From contig CAZTJD010000007.1 of the NCBI GenBank assembly GCA_964613985.1, positions 15,507-79,506 on the forward strand: a stretch of DNA of 64,000 nucleotides, written 5' to 3'. The stretch comes from an uncultured Anaerolineales bacterium. GTDB taxonomy: Bacteria; Chloroflexota; Anaerolineae; Anaerolineales; UBA11858. Positions 49,801 through 56,151 of this stretch are shown here, one piece after another (position 1 is the stretch's first letter; every line of letters starts with the position of its first letter). Under the pieces are notes generated by a model. The model did no database searches. It was not told the origin of the DNA and worked only from the letters and a program-made list of their open reading frames with translations. A program made the translations under genes and the position numbers.

Positions 49801-50501
49801 TTTGGAAAATCACTGGGAAAATTCAAAACAGGTAATTCCCCCGCCAGTTTTTCTTTCCAATAGTTCAATTGTTTCTGCAGTTTCTCTTCTTGCTGACTTA
49901 AGTGATATTGTTCTAAATATTCCGAATATTGAATGCCGATCTCAGGTAGATCGGGGGCTTCATTCTTGACCCTCGCTTGATACATTTTCATAAAATCTTT
50001 AAAAATCACTCCCGCAGACCAACCATCTGAAATAATGTGGTGCATGGGAACTGAAATTATGTATTCAGTTTCAGCAAGTTTTATTAGAACAGTTCGAACC
50101 AAGGGACCTTTATTAAGGTCAAAGGGCTTTCTTGCCTCTTCAGCAGCAAGTTTTAAACCTTCTCTTTCCCTATTTTTTAAATCAATATGGTTCAAATCAT
50201 AAAATGTGAAATCGAGATCATTTTTCGAATGAACAACCTGCTTTGGTTCCCCATTAATGGTTGTTATCGTAGTTCGTAGACTCTCATGCCGCTCAATAAT
50301 ATCCTGGAAACAAATTCTAACAATTTCTGGATCTACGGGGGTATTAATCTTCAAAACTAGATCTGTAATGTGATTCGTGGGAGAATTAGGATTCAGCTGT
50401 TCAAGAAGCCACATTTGCTTCTGAGTATTTGTAAGCTCGAGCAATTTCTCTTCTAACATTTTTGATCCTTCATCTGAGATATTGGATTCGTCTGGTTCCA
50501 T
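37806..50501 (-). CDS. Trimodular NRPS with two embedded sulfotransferase domains: C-A-T-ST-C-A-T-C-A-T-ST-TE (4231 aa; alternative start 50459)
   Basis: Three C domains (HHIISDG, HHIVADA, HHIVSDA). Three A domains (YTSGTTGxPKG, NAYGPTE, YRTGD, NGK). Three T domains (all FFxLGGNSL). Two ST domains (SAPRSGSTLLR, RHPYxMIPS). TE (GWSFG, GAID, GNH). An AAGGA RBS 6 nt before the ATG at 50459 suggests that start. Confidence 0.97.
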   Translation of the reverse strand: MEPDESNISDEGSKMLEEKLLELTNTQKQMWLLEQLNPNSPTNHITDLVLKINTPVDPEIVRICFQDIIERHESLRTTITTINGEPKQVVHSKNDLDFTFYDLNHIDLKNREREGLKLAAEEARKPFDLNKGPLVRTVLIKLAETEYIISVPMHHIISDGWSAGVIFKDFMKMYQARVKNEAPDLPEIGIQYSEYLEQYHLSQQEEKLQKQLNYWKEKLAGELPVLNFPSDFPKSRVQNTDGARVPLIIPQEMLDSLRKVTSEYGVTLFSVLLAAYKGFLYQLTGQDDIIVGIPTAGRKGRKTRNLVGLFINTLALRTRLNDQLTFEELLDYTQSNVWMGLRNQEIPFTKIVEEVNPDRDLARSSLYQTMFVFQNWPMPENEGPEINVSPVMIDPKKSIVDLAISLIESEFGIHGWMEYSTNLFKSETVELFARYYLRFLNEAITDPKAKIAEIPLVSKEELYQQLHNWNQTSSVYPSARGIHELLEEQVKKSPRITAVLDGEKELSFLELNERANQLANYLKKVGVKPGEVVGFCVGRSVDMVVGLLGIMKAGGVFLPMDPTYPKERLALMLEDSGAGILITEEEFVSGLPEYRGKIVVLDREQIEIAQENVENPGVTVSGEDLAYLIYTSGTTGIPKGVTVRHKNLVNHALEMGKRLGIEAGGRMLQYISISFDASLESIFPVLLKGGTVVVVENPAELVGMSLLMKIEDNDINYLHLPVSVWHQTVIEMERQELKVPESLKLVLVGGEQVEVDRLRGWTERLRQPMLFVNAYGPTEASITATTYALNLEPGGEVGKERIPIGKPLGNVRVYVLNERGEPVPIGLPGELYIGGAGVSAGYHNREDENELAFVMDRFEGDGNLYRTGDIVKLLPDGNLVYLGRRDEQVKLRGYRIELGEIEAVLREQKGVEEAVVMLREDMPGVKILVAYLVGEEVDEEELIEKLGERLPGYMVPGAFVRLDEIPLTPNGKINRKGLPAPVMEGWETYVKPRTRLEELLAEMWGDLLGLEEVSVKANFFDLGGNSLLGATFINRLQAKLGEYLYLIALFDAPTIEELGVYLEENYPVGVGRMLGEELDISQGVALMKRMRRGDIEGLKEKVKKLVPRKQEEAPVNTPATFILSAPRSGSTLLRAILGGNPELFAPPELQLMNYNNLKEQAEAFANERDSFWLDGVVMALMNLQGWSEVEAREALKRWAEERMSVRAFYGQMQAWLGERLFVDKTPNYALDPGMLKRIEEDFQEAKYIHLVRHPYGMIPSFEKAKLHVFYPPFLEEDTNLTVREMAEAIWTISQEHIESFLRGIPKERQLRVSYEALVTRPEEVINEICEFLEIEFHDDMLYPQKDPRKRMTGALHELSRMVGDVRFFEHEGISASGAYRWQEGYRGDYLTEITWQIAERLGYWREDLPILEAGRGGFEIQPVSRERNLPLSFAQQRLWFMNQLEPGGSTYNMPGSFRLVGELDIKALQSSLETIIQRHEILRTRFSIVDGNPIQVIDPPFNLEIPLIDLTDLSEEQRSSKAKQIASEEAMTPFDLSTGPLIRVKLIKEAENTHIILLSLHHIVADAWSIGIFVREFASLYGSFLEGREVTLPDLPIQYVDYSVWQREYLQGDVLDSHIRYWQNQLTPLPPVLEIPTATVRPRVQTFKGDQHKIELPAKIAGMAKKLNRKTDTTFFMVLLAAFMVLLQRYSGEEDICVGTPAANRGRTETEGLIGFFVNMLAMRGDLSGDPSFLELLQRIREMSLRSYEHQELPFEMLVDVLQPVRDSSRNPIFDVGFQYQNVEVGELKLKGLRFEEIDSDFSAARLDLMLSMTEGDAGKIKGTLEYNTDLYSSWTIERMGRHYLKLLEEVLENPEAKLSELEIMGEEELFEQLVQWNETRVIYPSQQGVISLIEAQVDRTPDLVAVKLEGEELSYRGLNEQANQLAHYLVEKGVRANKVVGLCVKRSLEMIVGMLGIMKAGGVFLPLDPRYPSDRILFMMNDTNAGYLLTQESNFGAVEKYEGEKIVLDREDAEFREYDRSNLQVELDEEDLAYIVYTSGTTGSPKGVMVRQRNLKNNIFGINNIYQIQEGDRMLQFTTITFDPSFEEILPILMSGGTIVMHKDPTELVGTSLLEFIEKEQINYIHMVASVFHQSVMEMDRLDVKVPDCLKFVHVGAEPLELDRLLSWSNRVEKPVRFINAYGPTENTCTATLYEMISSPEAELPKSRIPIGKPIPNVRIYLLDKNKKPVPIGLPGEIYIGGESVTAGYLHQPEQTNGSFLPDPFNEKENAFMYRTGDIARFLPDGNLLFLGRADDQVKLRGYRIELREIENALRTHPQVHDAVVLLREDVPGVKQLVAYLVGDEEGVSKEIFHQYLADRLPVYMIPGVYVWLEELPLTQNGKIDRERLPVPDIQTGEIFVPAQTPLEIHLTAMWAELLGVEEISVQANFFELGGNSLLGATFINRLKGQLGENVKMVTIFEKPTIYSLSLYLEEKHPLGVRRLLGETIKGDDEEALKIKSVSREGYLPLSFAQWRLWYMHRLEPSGYIYNVPNFFRLAGELDLEAFQKGLNIVIERHEVLRTRFPIVDGNAVQVIEPPFKLDIPIVDLSEMPENDREEEANRLTTEEVYKPFDLENGPLIRVRLIKVGDQDHIVLITLHHIVSDAWSLGILIREFSVAYEAHLYGKSVDLPELPIQYVDYAVWQRSNLKGDVLESQMRYWRNQLTPLPPALELPTARVRPRVQTFKGERQVITLPASDVSMAKSFNKETNTTLFMIFLAGYLALLHRYTGETDISVGTPVANRGRMETEGLIGFFVNMLVMRGDLSGDPTFRELLERVREMALDAFNYQELPFEMIVEDLHPAQDSSRNPLFQIGFQFQNADVGELQLPGLVLKGLHPDFGVARLDLMLSLTEAPGDLIQGVFRYNTDLFDRETIERLDLHYRQLLSGLLSNPDRPISHIPLLTETARDELVNVRNETNEPYPEYQGIHELWEEQVRKTPQAIALRVNSDELTYAALNERANQLAHTLIRKGVRKNIVVGLFLDRSLEMMIGLLGILKAGGVYLPMDPGYPIKRLEFMIEDAGVRFMVTREDLLKDIPGFDGTAICLDRDIEEIRWNSPHNPEKGSFGDDLVYIIYTSGTTGIPKGVQVRHRNLVNHAWWMRRRLGMEVGERILGYFSISFDGAVDWIYPALLNGGTIVIAKTPAELVGARLLDFIEEEKINYLHLPASVFHHTANEMERLERKVPESLKLILLGGEQVNLMSFHIWSERLNKPMRFLNAYGPTETTVTATMFEEVCYPGKNYVYPRVPIGRPVPNVRIYVLDERGEPVPDGLPGELYIGGAGVTAGYLNRDGENEVVFVTNRFSGEGKLYRTGDMVRYLGDGNLIYLGRRDEQVKLRGYRIELGEIEAVLREEDGVKEAVVILREDIPGVKVLVAYLVGDEGIEEDLNERLGKRLPAYMVPGAYVWMEKIPLTPNGKIDRRGLPIPELSRGERYIGPRTRLEEVLTELWGELLGQDEVSVKANFFDLGGNSLLGATLINRLQEELGEYLYLVALFDAPTIEKLSAYLEQNYPTGVRRLLGEEVDVEQGTTVIRRINDDDFDGLRRMVKKLAPRDEEEKAPINDPAVFILSAPRSGSTLLRVMLGGNPKLFAPPELQLMNYNTLKEQEEAFSNERDSFWLDGVVVALMNLRGWSEAEARKALGRWAEEGMSVRAFYGKMQSWLGDRLFVDKTPNYALDPSMLQRMEENFRDVKYIHLIRHPYAMIPSFEKAKLHVFYPPFLKGETHLTVKEMAEAIWTISQEHIEGFLKEIPEERQLRVSYEGLVTKPEEVIGQVCEFLEIEIHEDMLKPQDDPEKRMTGALHELSQMIGDIRFFEHEGISASGAYRWQEAYRGDCLAEKTWQIAERLGYLREDLPDKVETSNHFLTVEQTQPLVAIQPKGSKPPLFLGHAGGGIIFPYYNLVPYMHDQPIYGLQDPSVYSDELTYSTLEEMAEDYVRWIQKVQPKGPYRLAGWSFGGTLVFEIAHNLIRKGEKIAFLGAIDTWLKPPDLFTVRKEDIAQRKIEKVIASWKQIITRVFKILKGTVSVSKSIIPHLRNGFYFMLSRKLSSEDKKRKLSQVANRILGIAMTTEFLQGSDFAELAHQEKHLLELNIPSSMGRVLQLVRIHQKYANNYKPQPLPSKIHVIYGDWKRKDIENTGVVATLGWEEYSTVGVEIVWTTGNHSSLFTKPDVEALAKKINQLLDESSTE
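38826..39674 (-). other. NRPS sulfotransferase domain ST2 (between T3 and TE)
   Basis: FILSAPRSGSTLLR 5'-PSB loop, APPEL, VDKTP, RHPYAMIPS 3'-PB motif. Confidence 0.93.
46293..47141 (-). other. NRPS sulfotransferase domain ST1 (between T1 and C2)
   Basis: Same motifs as ST2. Gapless hand alignment with ST2 gives 233/283 identical residues (~82%). Confidence 0.93.
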
Positions 50502-50592
50502 AATTTATACATTTTTTCGTGTTTACAAGGTTTCCTGATCTTAGCCGCGTTAAGTTCACCATAAGGACTCAATAAGGTCTGACTGGTTTGCG

Positions 50593-50601
50593 ATTATATC
50601 A
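50593..50601 (-). promoter_or_regulatory. Extended -10 promoter candidate for the NRPS
   Basis: TGATATAAT (TGn-TATAAT) on the minus strand, about 90 nt upstream of the NRPS ORF. Confidence 0.5.
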
Positions 50602-50873
50602 AAATTTACTAAGACATAGCATTAGTGCATCAATTAACAATCGCCATCCCTTTTCCCCCTGATACAGATAGGAAATTTTACAATTTGAACTCATTGAGAA
50701 ACAAAGTATCCGTTCTTGTTCAATGATTTCCGGGATTCGATAGAAAATATCTATGTTAAATACATACACTCAAAAAATTATGAGTGCCTTCCCTAGTCTA
50801 CCAGAAAAAGGATATCAGTCAATGTTATATGCGGTTAATAATCGCTGGAAATCTGAATTGATTTAATTGTAAT

Positions 50874-51710
50874 TTATACTCGATGTCGAGGATAAGAACC
50901 CAGCACACGTAAGTAAGTAGCCAGTTCAGCCAAATGTTCCAACGCCTTAGTAGATATTTTCGCGGTTTGATGTCCAACAAAATCGATATAAAATAAATAT
51001 TCCCATGGCTTTCCTGGTATCGGTCGAGATTCGATTTTGGTCAGATCGATCTCTCTTAATGCAAATACACTCAAGGCTTTGAATAATGTACCTGGTTGAT
51101 TCATCAGACTGAAGACAATAGATGTTTTGTAATCTCCATCTTCAGGGTCATCCACTTTTAAAGGAAATTGAGATAAAACCAGGAAACGGGTAATATTAGA
51201 GGTATCATCTTCGAAATTTTCTACCAATATATCAAGATTATAAACCTGCGCTGCTCGTTTGGACGCTATGGCTGCTTTTCGTTTGTCACCCCAATCCCTC
51301 ACGTCTCGGGCACTTCCCGCAGTATCAGCAGCGGCTATTTTCTCTATTCCGAGTCGACTCAGATGATGTTCACATTGAGCGAGAGCTTGGGGATGAGAAA
51401 AAACCTGGCATATATCAGCCAATTTTGAACCAGTGATTCCTAGTAAACAATGCTGCACTCTTAGAAAATATTCCCCCACAATATACTGCTCATAACGCAA
51501 AATCAAATCATAATTACGGTGGATACTTCCAGCCAGAGAGTTTTCGAAAGGCAATATACCATAAGCAGCGGTTTCTCTTCCCACTTCTTCAAAGACACTT
51601 TCAAATAGACGACAGGGAATTGTCTTGATCTTTGATCCAAAATAATTTAAAGCCGCCAATTCACTATAGGCACCAGGCTCACCTTGAAAAGCAACTCGAA
51701 TCGTTTCCAT
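50874..51710 (-). CDS. pheA: Prephenate dehydratase (PDT + ACT)
   Basis: FQGEPGAYSE, PFENSLAGS, SHPQALAQC, NITRF, LTKIESRP, FYIDF. Confidence 0.95.
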   Translation of the reverse strand: METIRVAFQGEPGAYSELAALNYFGSKIKTIPCRLFESVFEEVGRETAAYGILPFENSLAGSIHRNYDLILRYEQYIVGEYFLRVQHCLLGITGSKLADICQVFSHPQALAQCEHHLSRLGIEKIAAADTAGSARDVRDWGDKRKAAIASKRAAQVYNLDILVENFEDDTSNITRFLVLSQFPLKVDDPEDGDYKTSIVFSLMNQPGTLFKALSVFALREIDLTKIESRPIPGKPWEYLFYIDFVGHQTAKISTKALEHLAELATYLRVLGSYPRHRV

Positions 51711-51791
51711 TTCTTTTTTTTCTCAATATTATCAATCAGGATGGGAAAATGACAATCCACTTCCTAAATTAATTTGCATTCCCTCGTTTTT

Positions 51792-52700
51792 CTATACGTA
51801 ATCCAACCAAGCTTTAGCAAAGTGACCTTTGCCATGCACGGTTGTAAAAAACGCCTCTTGGATTTTCCGTGTGGTCGGTCCCATTTTCCCGTTTCCAATA
51901 CGACGTGTGTCAATTTCGGTTACTGCCGTTACTTCAGCAGCTGTTCCACACACAAAGACTTCTTCGGCAATGTAAAGCTGATCTCGTGTAATAAGTTCTT
52001 CGATTACTACATACCCTTCATCTCTCGCCAAGATTATGACTGAACCTCGGGTGATGCCTTCTAAAATTGAAGCGCGTGGTGGTGTGAAAATTTTGTCGTC
52101 CTGAACTATAAAAATATTCATCCCGCTGCACTCCGCTACGTAACCTTCCGGATCGAGCATGATTGCATCATCATAGCCATAACGATGTGCTAGAGTGCTG
52201 GCTAGAATAGAGTTGATATAGTTGCCGCCTGCCTTTGACTTGGTCATAATAACATTCGGGTGGAGCCTCGTGAATGAGGAAACGATCATCCGCACCCCAT
52301 TCTCAAGTCCTTCTTCGCCCAGGTAAGCACCCCATTCCCAAACAGCGATCCCTACACGTGAATGGTAATTGTCAAGATTCAGGTTTAGAGGGCCTTCCAT
52401 GTATAGTACAGGGCGAATATAACAATTGGTAACTTCATTAGCCAGAATGGTTTCATGAACAGCATCACGTAATTCAGCAATCGAGTATGGGAAATCTTGA
52501 ATCCCGATGATCACAGCAGAGTTTACAAATCTTTCAAGGTGTTCTTCCAATCGAAAAACTGCTGGTCCATCAGGGGTTTCATAACAGCGAATCCCCTCGA
52601 AAACCCCAACCCCATAATGTAGAGTTGGCGATAGAAGATGTACTCTTGCATCATCAAATGGTACTAATTTGCCATCCATCCAGATAAATTTCGACTTCAT
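51792..52700 (-). CDS. ilvE: Branched-chain amino acid aminotransferase
   Basis: LHYGVGVFEGIR, YIRP, KAGGNY, ECSGMNIF, LEGITR, GTAAEV. Confidence 0.96.
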   Translation of the reverse strand: MKSKFIWMDGKLVPFDDARVHLLSPTLHYGVGVFEGIRCYETPDGPAVFRLEEHLERFVNSAVIIGIQDFPYSIAELRDAVHETILANEVTNCYIRPVLYMEGPLNLNLDNYHSRVGIAVWEWGAYLGEEGLENGVRMIVSSFTRLHPNVIMTKSKAGGNYINSILASTLAHRYGYDDAIMLDPEGYVAECSGMNIFIVQDDKIFTPPRASILEGITRGSVIILARDEGYVVIEELITRDQLYIAEEVFVCGTAAEVTAVTEIDTRRIGNGKMGPTTRKIQEAFFTTVHGKGHFAKAWLDYV

Positions 52701-52798
52701 TCATTTCTCCTCAATAGACACAAAAGATACAAAGGATTACTCGATAAATATTGCCACCAAATTCTAGCATATTTTTCTAAGGTTTTTTCCTAAAATCT

Positions 52799-53884
52799 CT
52801 ACGCATCAATCTCCAACAACGCCCCTATAATTCTCCTAGTCATTTCCTCTGTATTAATTATCACATCACCCTCCGTAGCAATATCGCGGGTTCGATAACC
52901 TTCAACCAAGACTTGGTTAACCGCTTCCTCAATAATACTACCCTCTTCCTCCAAACCCAGTGAATAGCGTAACAGCATTGCCGCAGAAAGAATCGCTCCA
53001 ATCGGATTCGCAATTCCCAACCCGGCAATATCAGGCGCTGAACCATGGATGGGTTCATATAGACCCAGCCCGTCATTCCTCAGAGATGCAGAAGGGAGGT
53101 TTCCCATCGATCCGGTTAAGACCGAGGCTTCATCCGTCAGGATATCGCCGAACAAATTCGCTGTTAACACCACGTCGAAAGAAGTCGGCCTTTGCAACAA
53201 AAACATCGCTGCAGCATCCACCAAGATATGTTCGGTTTCTATATCAGGGTAATCCGCAGCAACCTTTGTCACTGTCTGCCGCCACAAACGCGAACACTCC
53301 AGGACATTAGCTTTGTCTATGGAGGTTACTTTTCCTCGTCGTTTTTGGGCAAGACGAAATGCGAGATGGGCAACCCTTTTGATTTCCCCTTCGGTGTAGC
53401 ACATCGTGTCTACTGCTTTCATTTCCCCCCCATCTAATTTTCGAATTCGTGGTTCTCCAAAATAAATTCCACTGGTAAGCTCGCGCACCACCATCATATC
53501 GACACCTACCAGGCGCTCATAACGCAGCGGTGATGACCCAAGTAATTCAATGTGTGGTTTTATTGGACGCAGGTTGGCAAAAACATTTAAACCTTTTCTC
53601 AACCCTAACAGTCCCTGTTCAGGACGGACCATCGCTGTCGGATTCTCCCATTTAGGCCCACCTACGGCTCCCAGTAAAATTGCATCTGCCGATGTGCAGG
53701 CATACAGGGCTTCATCTGTCAGCGGAATTCCATGCTTATCAATAGAGCAACCGCCAATGAGATGCGTTTCAAATGAAAACTGGTGTACAAATCGTTCAGC
53801 GACCGAATCAAGCACATCTTTTGCTGCTTTTACGACTTCAGGTCCAATACCATCTCCTGGGAATAATATAACTTTAAATTTCAT
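52799..53884 (-). CDS. leuB: 3-isopropylmalate dehydrogenase
   Basis: PGDGIGPEV, LLGAVGGP, NLRP, RELTSG.YFG, DKANVL, NLFGDILTDE, EPIHGSAPDIAG. Confidence 0.97.
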   Translation of the reverse strand: MKFKVILFPGDGIGPEVVKAAKDVLDSVAERFVHQFSFETHLIGGCSIDKHGIPLTDEALYACTSADAILLGAVGGPKWENPTAMVRPEQGLLGLRKGLNVFANLRPIKPHIELLGSSPLRYERLVGVDMMVVRELTSGIYFGEPRIRKLDGGEMKAVDTMCYTEGEIKRVAHLAFRLAQKRRGKVTSIDKANVLECSRLWRQTVTKVAADYPDIETEHILVDAAAMFLLQRPTSFDVVLTANLFGDILTDEASVLTGSMGNLPSASLRNDGLGLYEPIHGSAPDIAGLGIANPIGAILSAAMLLRYSLGLEEEGSIIEEAVNQVLVEGYRTRDIATEGDVIINTEEMTRRIIGALLEIDA

Positions 53885-55443
53885 ACAAACGCCAATCCAT
53901 ATTCAATACTGTCGACCAAAGCAAGCCAGCTTGCTTCGATAATGTTTGGACTGGCACCGACCGTACTCCAGCGTTTATGATGGTTTTGCGTATCAATGAG
54001 GACGCGGGTTGTCGCAGCAGTTCCGCTATCACTATCCAGGATCCTCACTTTATAATCTGCAAGTTGAAAATCTGCTAACCTGGGGTACACCGGCAGTAAC
54101 GCCTTTCGCATTGCCGCATCCAGTGCGTTGACCGGCCCGTTACCCTCCGCCACCGTATGGATTGTCTCTCCTTGTGCAATTATTTTTACTGTAGCCTCGG
54201 CAAAAACGCCTCGACCTCGGCGGTTTTCAACGGTAGAAGAATAATCAATCAAATCAAATGGGGATTGGTAGCCTTTTTTCTGGCGATGAAGCATCAAAGC
54301 TACTGATGCTTCTGCCGCTTCAAAAGAAAAACCACGGGCTTCTAACGCCTTGATCTTTTCTAAAACATTGGTCACAGTAGTCTTATTTTCAATGTCCAAA
54401 CGTAGCTCGTCTGCTTTTGAAAACAAGTTGCCGCTGCCAGAAAGCTCCGATACCACCGTTCTCATTTGGTTGCCAACCAAAGCTGGATCAATATGCTGGT
54501 AGCTGTTCCTATTCCTGCGCATGGCTGCTACATGGATTCCCCCCTTATGGGCAAACGCGCTGTGCCCCACAAAAGGCATATGATCATCTGGAGCCAGGTT
54601 GGCAACTTCTGCCACAAAATGAGATAGGTCATAGAGGTCTGGTAAATTTCCTTCTGGCAGACACCGGCAGCCCATCTTTAATTCCAAATCAGGGATAGCA
54701 CTGCACAAATTAGCATTCCCACACCGCTCCCCATAACCATTGATAGTACCCTGGACATGAACAGCACCCTCATGGACAGCAGCAAGTGTGTTTGCGATGC
54801 TGCAATCACCATCATTGTGAGTATGGATTCCTACCATTGCCTCGGAGAATCTATCCACAACAGCCTTAGTTGCCTTGGCAACTTCCCAGGGCAAAGCACC
54901 CCCATTTGTGTCACATAGTACAATGCAATCTGCACCCGATTTCAATGCTGTGCCTATCGTGTCAAGAGCATAGGATGGATCTGCCTTATAACCATCGAAG
55001 AAATGTTCCGCATCGTAAATCACTTCTCGACCCCTTGACTTGGTATAGGCGACACTGTCTGCAACAATACGTAAGTTCTCCTGCGGGCTGGTATTTAAGA
55101 CTTCCTTTACATGCAAATCCCAGGTCTTACCCACCACTGTACAGACAGGTGTACCCGAATTAACCATTGCCTGAATATTTTCATCATCTTCTGGCGTACT
55201 GCCTACCCGGCAGGTAGCACCAAATGCAGCGATCTTTGCATTTTCTAAACACAATTCATGCGTCCTTTCAAAGAAAGCGACATCTTTTGGATTTGATCCC
55301 GGCCAACCTCCTTCAATATACGCTACCCCAAGATTGTCTAAACGCCGGGCAATCCGCAACTTATCGTCACAGGAAAGTGAAATTCCTTCTCGCTGTGTGC
55401 CATCTCTCAATGTCGTGTCGTAGATAAATATCCTTCTTCTCAT
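53881..55443 (-). CDS. cimA: Citramalate synthase
   Basis: DTTLRDGTQ, EGGWPGSNPKD, YDAEHFFDG, HTHND, AHKGG.H, C-terminal GFSFE.AEAS and DYKVRI of the bacterial CimA type. Confidence 0.9.
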   Translation of the reverse strand: MRRRIFIYDTTLRDGTQREGISLSCDDKLRIARRLDNLGVAYIEGGWPGSNPKDVAFFERTHELCLENAKIAAFGATCRVGSTPEDDENIQAMVNSGTPVCTVVGKTWDLHVKEVLNTSPQENLRIVADSVAYTKSRGREVIYDAEHFFDGYKADPSYALDTIGTALKSGADCIVLCDTNGGALPWEVAKATKAVVDRFSEAMVGIHTHNDGDCSIANTLAAVHEGAVHVQGTINGYGERCGNANLCSAIPDLELKMGCRCLPEGNLPDLYDLSHFVAEVANLAPDDHMPFVGHSAFAHKGGIHVAAMRRNRNSYQHIDPALVGNQMRTVVSELSGSGNLFSKADELRLDIENKTTVTNVLEKIKALEARGFSFEAAEASVALMLHRQKKGYQSPFDLIDYSSTVENRRGRGVFAEATVKIIAQGETIHTVAEGNGPVNALDAAMRKALLPVYPRLADFQLADYKVRILDSDSGTAATTRVLIDTQNHHKRWSTVGASPNIIEASWLALVDSIEYGLAFV

Positions 55444-55472
55444 ACACTACTCCGTTTCCAACCATCTTCTGT

Positions 55473-55513
55473 AAAAAAAATGATGCCGAAAACCAGGTTG
55501 CGAACTTCGGCAT
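55473..55513 (-). terminator. Intra-operon terminator-like hairpin between leuD and cimA
   Basis: Minus strand reads ATGCCGAA..15 nt..TTCGGCAT then CATTTTTTTT. Confidence 0.65.
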
Positions 55514-55535
55514 TCCCTGAGTTCTCAACATGGAT

Positions 55536-56135
55536 TTATTCAATAAAAATGGGATGCATTGCCTCGTAAGCCTCAATTTTTTCCTCGAATGAACGAATAT
55601 AACCCAGTTGGTCTACGCCATTTAGCAGGCACGTACGAGCAAAGGGATCGATCGTGAACCTGGTCGCAATACCATCAGGCATCTCAATAACCTGCTCTTG
55701 GAGGTCGATGGTTACTTCAAGTTGAGGTGCCTCATCTGCCAGATCAAACAATGACCTGTGGAATTTTTTATCCACAACAACCGGCAGAAGACCATTTTTT
55801 AGCGCATTATTTCTAAAAATATCAGCGAAGGATGTAGAAATGATAGCCCGGAATCCCCATCCAAGCAGAGCCCAGGGTGCATGTTCACGAGAAGAACCAC
55901 ATCCAAAGTTATCTCCGGTAAGCAAGATCTCAGCAGTTTGGAATTCCGCCTGGTTTAGGACAAAGGTAGGATCAGGGTTTCCATCTACACCATACCGCCA
56001 ATCATAGAACAGACCCTCTGCCAGTCCGATCTTATCTGTGACCTTCAGGAATCGAGCTGGGATGATCTGGTCTGTATCCACATTCCGTTGGGGCATTGGG
56101 ATAAGTCTTGATTTCAAAAAGACAAAGGGTTCCAT
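55536..56135 (-). CDS. leuD: 3-isopropylmalate dehydratase small subunit
   Basis: NVDTDQIIPARFL, NFGCGSSREHAPW, SFADIF.NN. Confidence 0.97.
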   Translation of the reverse strand: MEPFVFLKSRLIPMPQRNVDTDQIIPARFLKVTDKIGLAEGLFYDWRYGVDGNPDPTFVLNQAEFQTAEILLTGDNFGCGSSREHAPWALLGWGFRAIISTSFADIFRNNALKNGLLPVVVDKKFHRSLFDLADEAPQLEVTIDLQEQVIEMPDGIATRFTIDPFARTCLLNGVDQLGYIRSFEEKIEAYEAMHPIFIE

Positions 56136-56151
56136 TAGTTAAACTGCCACC

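Noticed and set aside
50874-52700. pheA and ilvE as precursor-supply genes of the NRPS cluster
   Set aside because: They are the tail of the housekeeping ilv-leu cluster, the A-domain codes do not resemble Phe/Leu/Val codes, and the NRPS has its own promoter candidate.
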